A stretch of DNA of 64,000 nucleotides from Porphyridium purpureum. Taxonomy: Eukaryota. Below, one piece after another: positions 39,616-50,061 of the stretch (position 1 is the stretch's first letter; each line of letters begins with the position of its first letter). The translations under genes and the position numbers were made by a program. The notes under the pieces were generated by a model. It saw nothing but the letters and a program-made list of their open reading frames with translations. It was not told the origin of the DNA and made no database searches. Location: NCBI GenBank assembly GCA_008690995.1, contig VRMN01000004.1, positions 930,001 to 994,000 on the forward strand. The letters are read 5' to 3'.

Positions 39616-40389
39616 TTAAGCCGCGACCGCTTCCAAAAAGGACAACACTGCCTCTACAGCACCTTTGACTCCTTGCTCGACCGCCTTGTCAGACACATCA
39701 CCGCGAACAGTCCATCCGTGGCTCATATCCTCAAACGGAATCGATTTTGACTTTGCGTTCGCCGAGATCATGGCGCTTGTCAGTACACCGCCTGGCTTTG
39801 TCGACTCTGGGTCGTTCCCTGCTGGCACGAGTAGCTGAGGGATCTTCGTCTTCGTGGCGTGCTCCAGTGCATCTGGGGATCCACCAAACACCGCATTCAG
39901 ACCAAAGGCAGGGTGCAAGTAGACGCTTGCGACAAAGGTGTCTACGTACTGCGGCATCGAAACCAAACGCAAAGCATTGTATGCGCCCCAGCAGATCCCA
40001 AGCACGGCGATTTTCGAGCACGTGCTGTTTTTCTTGATGTAGTCAAGCGCCTGCTCTGCAATCGCAAGCACGTGCGTGTCAAAGGGATATCCCTGGACCC
40101 ACTTTGGCAGCTCTGACATATCTGACTGCGACGAGAATGGCTCGCCGCCTTTGAACACATCTGGGTGCACCACGTAGTACCCGCTCATGGCCAGCTGATC
40201 CAGCACGCCCTTGGTGCGGCCGGCCGCGAAGCCAAAAATATCATTGAAGGAGAGGATCGCCGTGCCATTCGGCTTTTCCGGCGCCACGACGTACGCGTCG
40301 AGCCCCGCGGCGACCTGCTCGATCTTCCCCAGCGACGGCCCGCCCTCCGCCTCGAGCGCCGGCCAGGACCCCGCTGGACAACACGACAT
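39616..40389 (-). CDS. Dienelactone hydrolase family protein
   Basis: DIFG, GYYVVHPD, nucleophile GICWG, AGND, HGWTVRG. Confidence 0.9.
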   Translation of the reverse strand: MSCCPAGSWPALEAEGGPSLGKIEQVAAGLDAYVVAPEKPNGTAILSFNDIFGFAAGRTKGVLDQLAMSGYYVVHPDVFKGGEPFSSQSDMSELPKWVQGYPFDTHVLAIAEQALDYIKKNSTCSKIAVLGICWGAYNALRLVSMPQYVDTFVASVYLHPAFGLNAVFGGSPDALEHATKTKIPQLLVPAGNDPESTKPGGVLTSAMISANAKSKSIPFEDMSHGWTVRGDVSDKAVEQGVKGAVEAVLSFLEAVAA

Positions 40390-41184
40390 TGTGTGCTCTC
40401 CTTACCAATGCACGAACTGATATCACTCCCACCCACCCAACCACCCACCCTTCTACGCTTCTGCACAGTTCCTCGATCTCTCGCTTCCCTCGGTCCCCTC
40501 TCCCGCCTTCCCCGCCTGTCCCCTCGGCTCCACTACCACACTCTCCCTCCAACGCGTCAACCGCTTCAACCGATTGAGACCATGGCCGGCAACTGTAACC
40601 GCAACCGTTTTCGGTCTGTAGCATGAACCGATACCGCGAGCTGTCAAGCCCCTTCCCCCTCCTCCCCCGGGCCCCATGCACACTTACAAAGCGTGACCGC
40701 TCTATAAATAGCCTGACCGACCGTCTCGTCCGTGCCGTTTCGGTCATTTCACATAAACAAACACACGCACTTCATCGACGCGGCTGGTCATGCCGTCGGA
40801 GCTTGTTTCACATGAAGACTGAAGACGGTTCCACACCAGACTTGTCAGTCTGAAGGAGGAAAGCAGGGAAGGTGGGGGCCTTTGTACAGTGACCCTCATG
40901 GGTTAGTGACCTGTTTTGTTTTGTATTTGAAATGAACAACTGGACAACAAACAAGTACAGGACTAATAAGGAACAATAAGGAGTCATACGGAAGAGGAGG
41001 GAATAATAAGGAAAAAGTACACGCGAAGTGCTGAAACCTATTTTTGTGGATGTTGGCCGGGTGTGTTTAGGTCTTTTTTGTGTGTAAGAGAGAGAGAGAG
41101 AGAGAAAGGGTTGATGATATAGAAAGGATATGCGGAGGAGAGGGAGTAAGGGAGGGAAGGGAGTAAGGGAGGGGATGAAGGGAA

Positions 41185-42786
41185 ATGGAGCCGGTGTTGC
41201 ATAAGCATGGGTCGCGGCTCGGGCAGCGCGACGCGGCCGCCATGTGGAGCAAGCAAGGCTCGCGGGATGTCGCGCGCGACAAGGAGCGCCGCTTGACGTC
41301 CGCAGACTTGAAGGAGATGTACGCCGCCGCGCCACCGAGAGCCGCGAGCTTGCGCGTTGGGCAGGTGTGGGGGAATATGAGCAGTCACGCCGCGAGTATG
41401 TCGCGCTCGGTGACGGGCATGGACGCGCAGGTGCACGCCGCGCACGACGCCGCGGCGGCGAATGGCTCGCACGATGCGGCGGCCGCGGCGTCCCCGCGCG
41501 AGAGAGCGGAGCGCGAGTTCATGTCCAACTCGTTGCTCAGTGACAGCCTCTTTAATCGCGACGCGCGGAATCCGTTCGAGAAGTGTGGCAGTATGGACTC
41601 CGAGGAGGGCGACAGCAATGGGTCTGGGAAAGAGCCACGAGCACGCGAACTTCCGCAGATGGGTGTTCGCCGCGCGCAGTCAGAATCGTTGAATGATGTG
41701 GGAATGGACGGGAATGGCGCAAAAGCCTTCAATCCGCGCGACTTGCGTTTCTCAAGAAAGGCGTACCGCGAATCACCACATTCTGTGTTAGACGCTGCTG
41801 CCGCGGCAGCAGTGGTTGCGGGAGCGTCACTGCAAGCTTCGGCCCCACCGCCAAACGATGACTTGAGGCGGCGGAGCTTCTCGGATAAGCAAATGATGGG
41901 CTGGAAGATCCAGGCCAAGCGAATCAGCGACCTGTCCGATTGGCGTCGTAGCGCCCGCGCGCTTTCTAAGCACAACTCGAACCTGTCAGAAAAGAATGAA
42001 GACGCATACGAGCTCATGCAGGAAGAGGTAGAGTCGCGGCCTGGCGAAATAGGTCCGCGGCTCACTCTGGACCCTTCTACTTCGCTGCTTGATTTTGCAC
42101 CCAGCGTCGGCACGAGCCCGACCATGTCTTGGTTTGTGGTCGTTCCGAATGCTATTCGTGGTGAGCTGAATCAATTGCGGATGGCACTACTGGCCATTGA
42201 CGCGCTGGGCACTGGGGCAAAAGAGTCGCAGATCAAGGCATTTTTTGCGTGGTTCAAGACACTGGAAGATATGGTTTCGGTCCACATTGAATTTCTCGAC
42301 TCGTACCTAATTAACAAGATCAAGAGCCGGCTAAATGAGAAGGATGCCGTGTATGTGGTTCAAGATCAGCACGACCTGGTCATGAAGGAGGTGGGTAGAA
42401 TACGGCGCTGTGAAAAGCTGCTCAAAGAAAGAGCCATGGACAAAACGGTCAAGTATCTGTTGCGCGCCGGCTGCGTTTTCGTCAGTATCCTACTTGAAAC
42501 GCTCAAGGAACAGGAAGTATTGCTGATACGCTTTGAGACGGAGACAAAGCAAACAATTTGGTTTCTGGATGACTTGCGCAATATGCGCTTCGCTCAAGTG
42601 GACTACGTCACAGATAACACACAAGCATTGCGCGCGTTCGAGTGGTGCCCAACGCTGCCCCGTGCGAAAAAGTCGTTCCCATCCGACAATGACTTTGACC
42701 AGTGGAAAGTGCAGATGCTGGTAGTGTTCTCCAAGAAGCACTATGAGAAGCGACAGGCTGCGCTGCGATCCGCGCTGAAGCTTTGA
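41185..42786 (+). CDS. Hypothetical protein: disordered N-half, hemerythrin-like helical C-half
   Basis: 533-aa ORF; VPNAIRGELNQL...FFAWFKTLEDMVSVHIEFLD resembles a degenerate hemerythrin-like fold. Confidence 0.65.
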   Translation: MEPVLHKHGSRLGQRDAAAMWSKQGSRDVARDKERRLTSADLKEMYAAAPPRAASLRVGQVWGNMSSHAASMSRSVTGMDAQVHAAHDAAAANGSHDAAAAASPRERAEREFMSNSLLSDSLFNRDARNPFEKCGSMDSEEGDSNGSGKEPRARELPQMGVRRAQSESLNDVGMDGNGAKAFNPRDLRFSRKAYRESPHSVLDAAAAAAVVAGASLQASAPPPNDDLRRRSFSDKQMMGWKIQAKRISDLSDWRRSARALSKHNSNLSEKNEDAYELMQEEVESRPGEIGPRLTLDPSTSLLDFAPSVGTSPTMSWFVVVPNAIRGELNQLRMALLAIDALGTGAKESQIKAFFAWFKTLEDMVSVHIEFLDSYLINKIKSRLNEKDAVYVVQDQHDLVMKEVGRIRRCEKLLKERAMDKTVKYLLRAGCVFVSILLETLKEQEVLLIRFETETKQTIWFLDDLRNMRFAQVDYVTDNTQALRAFEWCPTLPRAKKSFPSDNDFDQWKVQMLVVFSKKHYEKRQAALRSALKL

Positions 42787-42837
42787 TTCCGCGCTTTAAA
42801 TGTAGATTGTACAACAGAAAGAGCACCTGCAGATTAT

Positions 42838-44607
42838 TTACATTTTGTTTTTCGCCTCAATGAACGCTTTATAGCGTGCGTCGTATATATGCACCCACGC
42901 CGCTTTAGGGACAATGGTGTGTGTTCCTGCGAAGAAGGACGACTCCACGTCACGTTCGACTTTGCTGAGCTGCCGATTCGAACCAAAGACACAGTAGGCC
43001 GCGCCTTTGATCGCAACCAGGCCCGGATCATCTAACACTTCTAATTCGGTGTTGAGCGTCGCACTGATGATATCTGCCCACAAAGCAGAAACCGCCCCGC
43101 CTCCTACAAGTCGCAGCCGCTCTTTCGAGTCGATCAAGGATCCCGTGCGCGCTTGCAGTGCCTCGAATACGGCTCGAAAGTTGAACGCCACCCCTTCCAT
43201 GCATGCGCGTAGCATATCGGCTCGCGTGGTGGTCGCCCTCAAATTAAGAAATGCGCCGCTCGCTCCTGAGTCGCGGAATGGGCAGCGCTCGCCCCGAATG
43301 TACGGGAGAAACAGCACATCCCCCGCCCCTGGTCGACTTTGTGTTGCTGCCTCCAAAGAGCCTTTCGATGGAGGGATTCCAAACATCTCACAAGCCCACG
43401 CAAATGCACCGCCGGCTGTGGTCATCGAAGCGAGCACGATACTCGTCTCGTCGTCAGGGTGCGCAAGTTCGAATACGGTGCTCGCAGGTGACGTCTCCTC
43501 GTCCCTGCTTGGAAGGTCACCAAGCGGTGGCAACACTGGAAATGAACCACCAATCCAGCCACTGGTCCCAATGTAGCAATGCAGCTTATCGTCGTTCCGA
43601 GACACACAGCCACTTCCGAAGCATGTCGCCCCGGCATCGCCTAGTGCGTGGTAAACCGGCAATTGTGCAAGCTCTGGCCAGGAAAATAGACCAAGCGCAA
43701 CGTCTGCCGCCACAGTGCCGATAGGGTCATGAGGAGAAACGATCTCAGGCATGATTTCTCGCAAGGTGTCCACCTGCATCTGCAATGCCGCCGCCATCCG
43801 GCCATAGTCAAAATCGGTTTGCTCACTGTCTAGCAAGCCAGTTGTACACAAGGTCACAATATCAGAGACCGCTCGGCGTCCACCGCTAAGAATAAAGCAC
43901 ACGTAATCGTGAGCTCCAAAAAGTGCATGCTGAACGCGTTGCAGACCTCTGTCAGGCCCGTGTTCCTTAGCGTACATTAGCTTTGGGAGTAAATCCGAGG
44001 CAGACACCACTTGCCCCAAACGACGAGATAACTCTGCAGCTTGTTCGCGGGCCCTTGTGTCGTCGTACATGATTGACACTCCTCCGAGCAAAATCTCACC
44101 ATCCTGACCTACCAAGATCAGGTCCTGCATATGCCCAGTAACAACAATGCCGGAGGGCCTGCATGCGACATTCTGAGAAATAAAAGCCTTACTCTCAGAA
44201 ATTACCTTTTGCACGGCCAGCAGCCAGTCCTGTGGCCTCTGCTCCGAGACGCCGGGGTCCGCATGACTGCCCGGATCCTGATCGATTCGATCCAATGCTG
44301 AAGCGCTTCTCTCAATGACCGAATACGCCGAAAAAAGCACGCACCCAGCTTCATCGACGAGCCCAACTTTTACACCAGACGTTCCAATATCAAGCCCAAG
44401 GACGAGGCGCGGCGTCTCAGCTATTGAAGACGCACATGCCGCCACAAAATTAAGGCGGTGCCCGCCTGTGCGGCGTCGGTTGCCGACCGATACCAGCGCA
44501 TAGTTTGCCCAAGGCGTTCCAGAGCATTCTGCGCGGACGACATGTGAGCAAGCCGCCGTCGGCAGAGCGTGTTGCGCCCGATTTCCTGCGTGCGCCAGTA
44601 CGAACAT
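42838..44607 (-). CDS. xylB: Xylulokinase (FGGY family) with transit-peptide-like leader
   Basis: LGLDIGTSGVK, TGHMQ, DDTRA, IGTSGW, FLPYIRGERCP, EGVAF, GGGAVS. Confidence 0.88.
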   Translation of the reverse strand: MFVLAHAGNRAQHALPTAACSHVVRAECSGTPWANYALVSVGNRRRTGGHRLNFVAACASSIAETPRLVLGLDIGTSGVKVGLVDEAGCVLFSAYSVIERSASALDRIDQDPGSHADPGVSEQRPQDWLLAVQKVISESKAFISQNVACRPSGIVVTGHMQDLILVGQDGEILLGGVSIMYDDTRAREQAAELSRRLGQVVSASDLLPKLMYAKEHGPDRGLQRVQHALFGAHDYVCFILSGGRRAVSDIVTLCTTGLLDSEQTDFDYGRMAAALQMQVDTLREIMPEIVSPHDPIGTVAADVALGLFSWPELAQLPVYHALGDAGATCFGSGCVSRNDDKLHCYIGTSGWIGGSFPVLPPLGDLPSRDEETSPASTVFELAHPDDETSIVLASMTTAGGAFAWACEMFGIPPSKGSLEAATQSRPGAGDVLFLPYIRGERCPFRDSGASGAFLNLRATTTRADMLRACMEGVAFNFRAVFEALQARTGSLIDSKERLRLVGGGAVSALWADIISATLNTELEVLDDPGLVAIKGAAYCVFGSNRQLSKVERDVESSFFAGTHTIVPKAAWVHIYDARYKAFIEAKNKM

Positions 44608-44685
44608 TGCAAGCGCCTCTTGACCCAGCGCCGCTGGCAAACTTGTGCTGATCCGGCCCTCCGCAGAATCCGGGCACGCCTTGGT

Positions 44686-45756
44686 TCAATTGCGGTACAG
44701 TGGCGCTTGTTCAGCTGGTGTTCGCGCGCTTTCTAAATAAGCGCGGATGCGCATCTCGGAAAGGTCGTCCACATTGATCTCTCCTGAGCGAAGCTCGGAC
44801 AGCATGCGCTGCTTTCTTTCCGCCAGGATGCCCGCCAGGACGGCACGTTCCGCAGCACAGCTGGCTTCGGCAATAAGGTTCGATATGATGCGCCTCATGG
44901 TTAAGTCCACGGCATGTCTTACAGTCGGTGCTTCGGAGTCTCGTTCTGGATGCGCGGTCCGGGAGGCGCAGGCTGGTGTGCCTCCTTGCTGGATCGTCAC
45001 TTGACTCTGTTGCTGCTGCTGCTGCTGCTGCTGAAAGCTTGAACGAACTCGATCGATAATCATCTCGATCACTCGGTCGCAACTGGTTGTATCCGCCGCA
45101 AGGATCGTCACGGAATCCGATTCCCAAGCACGCAAGGACGGGTCGGGCGGCTCGGCGAGCTGAATAGTCTTCTGAATAACATCACTAGGTACCAAAACCT
45201 TTCTGCCATGACTTTGCTGCGCGGCATCGACACTTCTTGCCACTAGCTGGCGGAGCTCCATCGCCGAGCTGTCAACAAACACTTGAAGAAACGCCGCGCC
45301 GTGCCGAACTGCTATGCGCCAAACCTTCTTACGCTGCTCGGCTAGCAAGTGCGTGTCGTCTAACACCAGCACATGGCACGCATGTAAGCCCTGATCAACA
45401 CGCGCTCGCCGAGTATCTTGCCACGGCACGCGAGCACAAACGCTGTCCTTGCTCATGTCATTTAAGCAAACACTCTGGTGCACACGGCTTTCAAGTGCCT
45501 CCCGCGACGCCTTGCGTGCGTCTGCATAAGCTTGCTTGTCGAATTCAGCGACGTTCATTCGCACAGCTCGTTCGACCTGGTCCACCTCCAACACAGACAC
45601 ACAAAGCTCGCCATGCTGCAAGCGTTGCTGTAAAAGGTCGCACGATGACAACAGCGCTTGTGCAAGTGTACTCTTCCCAGATGCTGGCACGCCACACAGG
45701 AGGACAACCACCGCCGCCACGCGTGGAAAGGATGGCTCGCTCTGAAGCACGTCCAT
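44686..45756 (-). CDS. PSTK: O-phosphoseryl-tRNA(Sec) kinase
   Basis: LCGVPASGKST, LVLDD, FLQVFV, EPPDP...WE, C-terminal HAVDLTMRRIISNLI. Confidence 0.75.
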   Translation of the reverse strand: MDVLQSEPSFPRVAAVVVLLCGVPASGKSTLAQALLSSCDLLQQRLQHGELCVSVLEVDQVERAVRMNVAEFDKQAYADARKASREALESRVHQSVCLNDMSKDSVCARVPWQDTRRARVDQGLHACHVLVLDDTHLLAEQRKKVWRIAVRHGAAFLQVFVDSSAMELRQLVARSVDAAQQSHGRKVLVPSDVIQKTIQLAEPPDPSLRAWESDSVTILAADTTSCDRVIEMIIDRVRSSFQQQQQQQQQSQVTIQQGGTPACASRTAHPERDSEAPTVRHAVDLTMRRIISNLIAEASCAAERAVLAGILAERKQRMLSELRSGEINVDDLSEMRIRAYLESARTPAEQAPLYRN

Positions 45757-45808
45757 TCGGTTTCGGACAAAGTATTCATTCGGCTTTATTGTTTCCCGCT
45801 CGACCACT

Positions 45809-47581
45809 CTACAAAAGCTTGATACCGTAATGCTTCGCGGCTCGACCAACGTCGGCTTTCGCTGAAGCAGCAGCCGACGCATCACGCTTGGCGGCGCGCT
45901 CAGCGTCTTGCCATGCGCGGAGAAATTCAGAGTTCGGCTTCATGTTCAGGTCAGCCAAATCGATCAGTAGCGCACAAAGCTGGGGATGATCCATGTGCGG
46001 CAGGAGCGTGCGTGCCTTCTCAATCATCAGGGTCTGTATTTGGTCACTGAGAGATATTCTCAGCATCGCCGCCGCACGAATCGCCTCCACAACATGTTCG
46101 ACGCCCCATCCGGACACACCGCTCCTCTCGAGCGCGCGACTCCAGCTCTCAGCAAATGAGACCCCACTCCAGTGCGCCGAATCAACGGGGAGCTCGCTTT
46201 GCGCGACGCCTGTCAAGATTCGTACCAACTGTCGCGATGAAAATTTGTCCTTCTCGCTGAAAGTGTTGAATGAGCTCACAATGGCTGCGGATAACTGCGT
46301 GTCTGCACGGACACCGAGCTCACCGATAGCCCAAATGCATCGCGCAAGCTCGTCGTTACGCAGCCGGCTATGCAGCCGGATAAAGCAGCTCTGTACTGTA
46401 GCCGCCAGACCCTCAACTTCATCAACATGGAAGCCACCTCTCGCGGCACCCCACAGCACAAATGCTGTGAAGCCTGTGCCCAGCTCCGGGCCCAGTTTAA
46501 CAATCTGCGAGCCGAGCACTGCGCGGGCGTGCGGAGGCATGCGCATGCACCTTCTGCCCACATGGTGAAAGATAAGATGCAGCTCACCTGGCGTCCATTC
46601 AGTCTGTCTGCTCGCGGCGTCCCAGAAGCGCTCCATGATCAGTGGAGGCGGTTCGATGTGTGCAACGTGAAAAACCCACATCACATTGATCAATCCCTGC
46701 GGCTGGAATTCGTACATGTTGTTGTACGCGGCCACGCACCAGCTTGGTAGCAGCGGGTCAAGCACACCGTCGCGCGCGGTGAGTTCCGTCATGCAAGCGG
46801 AATCTAACAGGCTGCCCAGACAATACGAAACATTTGTCATCGTGATGCTGTTCGCAAAGAGCATCGTCGCCTCGGCAAGCGCCACCCAGCGCGCGAGAAA
46901 CTCAGTCTGGATCAAGAACGCTTGGACAGCTTCCGCGTGCAGCGGGGACGTCTTGCTGAACTTGACCAGTAATCTCAAAATGCGAGCAGGGGTGATAGCA
47001 AATGCGCGAAGGTCCTCAATCGCGTTGTCACGGCCACGCAGCGCGGACGCTTCCTTGTCCTGAAGCCGCCGGCGCGACTCACCCTCTGCTGAGTACACGA
47101 CACTCATCATCTCTTCAAACCACGCTTGCCACAGCTCTCCCTGCGGTCCTTGTCCTCGTGGTAAATGTCCCATGCGATCCAAGTCCCGGACCAGCTGCGC
47201 CGATGCTGTCCTGGCGCGACGGCGAGAGCTCCCAGAACCATTTCCGCGCGCAGCCAATGCGGTGTCTTCAGCCCCATTTCCTCGCTCTCTCGCGTCGTCA
47301 TCACCATCTGCATCCTCCACAACCGTTCTTTTCCCTCCAGAACCCCACTCTCTTGTACTTGCCGCACGCACGACAGGCAGCGCAAACACGCGCGACATCG
47401 AGCAGCGCGAAAGCTGTTCAATCTCGGTCGGTCTTTCGGTCCAAACCTTCTTTCTCGCGCCTCGCGCCACTTCAGCCCTGAGGCCAGAACTTGACACGAC
47501 CCATGGCGGCACAAAGCAGTCCACGCGCTGCTCACCTACGTCCCAAACACGCGCCATCTGCCTCGCCATGTGCGAACTCAT
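45809..47581 (-). CDS. OPR/FAST-like helical repeat protein, probably organelle RNA binding
   Basis: Roughly 38-aa repeats: PQGLINVMW, AFVLWGAARGG, ELARCIWAIGELG, SRQLVRILTGVAQ, PQLCALLIDLADL. Confidence 0.65.
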   Translation of the reverse strand: MSSHMARQMARVWDVGEQRVDCFVPPWVVSSSGLRAEVARGARKKVWTERPTEIEQLSRCSMSRVFALPVVRAASTREWGSGGKRTVVEDADGDDDARERGNGAEDTALAARGNGSGSSRRRARTASAQLVRDLDRMGHLPRGQGPQGELWQAWFEEMMSVVYSAEGESRRRLQDKEASALRGRDNAIEDLRAFAITPARILRLLVKFSKTSPLHAEAVQAFLIQTEFLARWVALAEATMLFANSITMTNVSYCLGSLLDSACMTELTARDGVLDPLLPSWCVAAYNNMYEFQPQGLINVMWVFHVAHIEPPPLIMERFWDAASRQTEWTPGELHLIFHHVGRRCMRMPPHARAVLGSQIVKLGPELGTGFTAFVLWGAARGGFHVDEVEGLAATVQSCFIRLHSRLRNDELARCIWAIGELGVRADTQLSAAIVSSFNTFSEKDKFSSRQLVRILTGVAQSELPVDSAHWSGVSFAESWSRALERSGVSGWGVEHVVEAIRAAAMLRISLSDQIQTLMIEKARTLLPHMDHPQLCALLIDLADLNMKPNSEFLRAWQDAERAAKRDASAAASAKADVGRAAKHYGIKLL

Positions 47582-47805
47582 TCCTGCTTCGTTGCTCCTT
47601 CAACTTGGGCCCCCTCCTCGAAGCCACGCCATCAAGCCGACTCACCCCGCCTGAAATGCAACATTACAAAGAAATTGCACATTACAAACACTGTACATAA
47701 ATCGTTCAGTGACTGTACACCCAGCAAGGTCGGTTGTGTTTGAAGAGGAGACCACGTGGGTTAGGTCGGCACACGACGGCGGTGGTGGATGCTGGAGACA
47801 AAGAG

Positions 47806-49437
47806 ATGGCGGCGTTCCAGCTCTGCGCGGCGTCATGGAGCGGGATGCGCGCGGCGCGCGGATGCGCGGAACACATTGGGTGTCTGAGCGCAGTGGCGGG
47901 ATGTGAATGCGTGCGTGGTTGTCGTCAGCGTGTGCGCGGGCGCACGGCTTTTGCGCGTTCTTGGCGGCCGCTGATGCGACAGACGCGTGCGCAGACTGGG
48001 AAGGGATTTGCTGAGAATCAGAAGACGCCGGTCAAGATGATGGTTGCGGTGAATGAAGGAACGAATTCTGGTGCGAGCACGGACAGTGCAGCTGCGGGGC
48101 AGATGCTCGGTTCGGTCTCATTGGTAGCATTGGGCTGCGCGAAGAACACGGTGGATGCCGAAGTTATGCTTGGTGATCTGCAGAGAAACGGCGTGCGCAT
48201 CGTAGGCGAAGACGAAGAGTCGGATGTGGTGATTGTGAATACGTGCGCCTTTATTGAGGATGCCAAGACGACGTCCATTGAAGCCATTCTCCACGCCGTG
48301 GGTCGCAAGACTGGCTCGGTTCGCGGTGTGCTCGTGACGGGCTGCTTGGCCCAGAGGTATGCTTCCGACTTGGCTGATGAGTTGCCAGAGGTTGACGCGG
48401 TCGTGGGCTTTGAAAACTATTCGCAAGTGCCCGAGCTGGTGCTAAAGATTTTGCGCAAGGCGCCGCAGGGAAAGGCGAGCCGCGTAGCCGTAGGCGGCGC
48501 GAATGTACCATTTCGACCGGAATGGGAGCGGTGGCGCCTGACGCCTCGGCACACGGCATACTTGCGTGCCGCGGAGGGCTGCTCGCATGCGTGCTCGTTC
48601 TGTATCATACCGTCCTTTCGCGGGCTTTTTCGTTCCAAACCATGGGACTCTGTTCTAGATGAGGCGCGCAGGCTTGCCGCTAGTGGTGTCGTGGAACTTA
48701 ATTTGATTGCTGAAGACACTAACCAGTACGGCATGGACTGGGGACCAAAAGACCCACGGCGCCTGCACGACTTGTTGTACGAGCTCGCAAAGATACCGGG
48801 CATTCGTTGGATCCGGCTGCTGTATTGCTATCCTTCGTACTTTTCTGATGAACTCATTGCAGCCATTCGTGACATCCCTGAGGTCGTCAAGTATGTGGAT
48901 ATTCCCTTGCAGCACATGTCAGACAGGGTGCTGCGTGCCATGAATCGACCTCCTCTCGATCACACGCTCAAAATTTTGAATCGCATTCGTGACGAGATTC
49001 CGGACATTACCCTGCGAACCACGTTCATCAGCGGATTTCCGGGTGAGACAAAGGAGGATCATGAGATTCTCAAGCAGGCACTACGTGAGTTTCGCTTTCG
49101 ACGAGCGGGCATCTTTTCGTACAGCGTCGAAGAAGGCACGCCCGCGGCGCTCCTGGAGGACCTGTTTGTGGATCCAGATGTGAAGGAGAGTCGTTGTGAC
49201 GAGCTCATTAGCATTCAGCAGGAAATAGAGGAGGACTTTGCCAAGCAGCAGGTGGGAAAGGAGCTCGATGTGCTGATTGACCGCCATCAGGATGGGTACG
49301 CCGTGGGCCGCACACGATTCGATGCTCCAGAAATCGACAGCATGGTGTACGTCGTGCAGCTTGTCGACCCGGGCACCATGGTGCGTGTCAAGATTGTGGG
49401 CACGCATGCGTTTGACTTGATTGGCGAAGTGTTGTGA
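47806..49437 (+). CDS. rimO: Ribosomal protein S12 methylthiotransferase with transit peptide
   Basis: LGCAKNTVDAE, NTCAFI, radical SAM CSHACSFC, IRLLYCYP, TRAM-type FDAPEID; MAAF start. Confidence 0.93.
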   Translation: MAAFQLCAASWSGMRAARGCAEHIGCLSAVAGCECVRGCRQRVRGRTAFARSWRPLMRQTRAQTGKGFAENQKTPVKMMVAVNEGTNSGASTDSAAAGQMLGSVSLVALGCAKNTVDAEVMLGDLQRNGVRIVGEDEESDVVIVNTCAFIEDAKTTSIEAILHAVGRKTGSVRGVLVTGCLAQRYASDLADELPEVDAVVGFENYSQVPELVLKILRKAPQGKASRVAVGGANVPFRPEWERWRLTPRHTAYLRAAEGCSHACSFCIIPSFRGLFRSKPWDSVLDEARRLAASGVVELNLIAEDTNQYGMDWGPKDPRRLHDLLYELAKIPGIRWIRLLYCYPSYFSDELIAAIRDIPEVVKYVDIPLQHMSDRVLRAMNRPPLDHTLKILNRIRDEIPDITLRTTFISGFPGETKEDHEILKQALREFRFRRAGIFSYSVEEGTPAALLEDLFVDPDVKESRCDELISIQQEIEEDFAKQQVGKELDVLIDRHQDGYAVGRTRFDAPEIDSMVYVVQLVDPGTMVRVKIVGTHAFDLIGEVL

Positions 49438-50061
49438 GTGATAGCCGCAGATGTGAATTAAAGAGGTTGTTTCATTTTTCGGAATTCAAAGGAACAAAAG
49501 GTTAAAATGAACAGATGGAAGAGAGCAGCAGCAGACCACTATGAAAAATGGCATTTGTGTTTGGTCCGCTTTGTTCGCACCACAAAAACTCGTGCGACAC
49601 ATTCGGGGCATGACCGTTCGTTGCGCGCACGTCAAATGGCTCTCCGAATCGAGCGCGAAAAACAAGTATCTGATTCGAACGCCGCGCGCACCGCTTGACC
49701 GGTGATCATAGCTGCACGCACACGCCGAGCTTGTTCGCGTGTCGAGATTCCATACTGACGGCCGAAGAAGCCCTCGAAAAAGCGCACCAACTTCATTCAC
49801 CAATAAACGAGCACAGTCACACACGCACACACGAACACACAGACAGACGCAGGCCCGCGCCCGCCGAAATACGCCCTGCGCGCCACGGAACGCCGTGGTG
49901 TAGATTGAGGCACGACTCCGTCCTTCTCGGCGCCGTGTGCCTACTCCCTACATCTCTCTCCCTTCCTCTCGAGTGACGCGCAACCAATTACACTGTCTTC
50001 CCCACAAACCACAGAGGCTCCCACCTCCTCTCGCACCAGAGCCGTGCGTTGCTTTCTTCGC

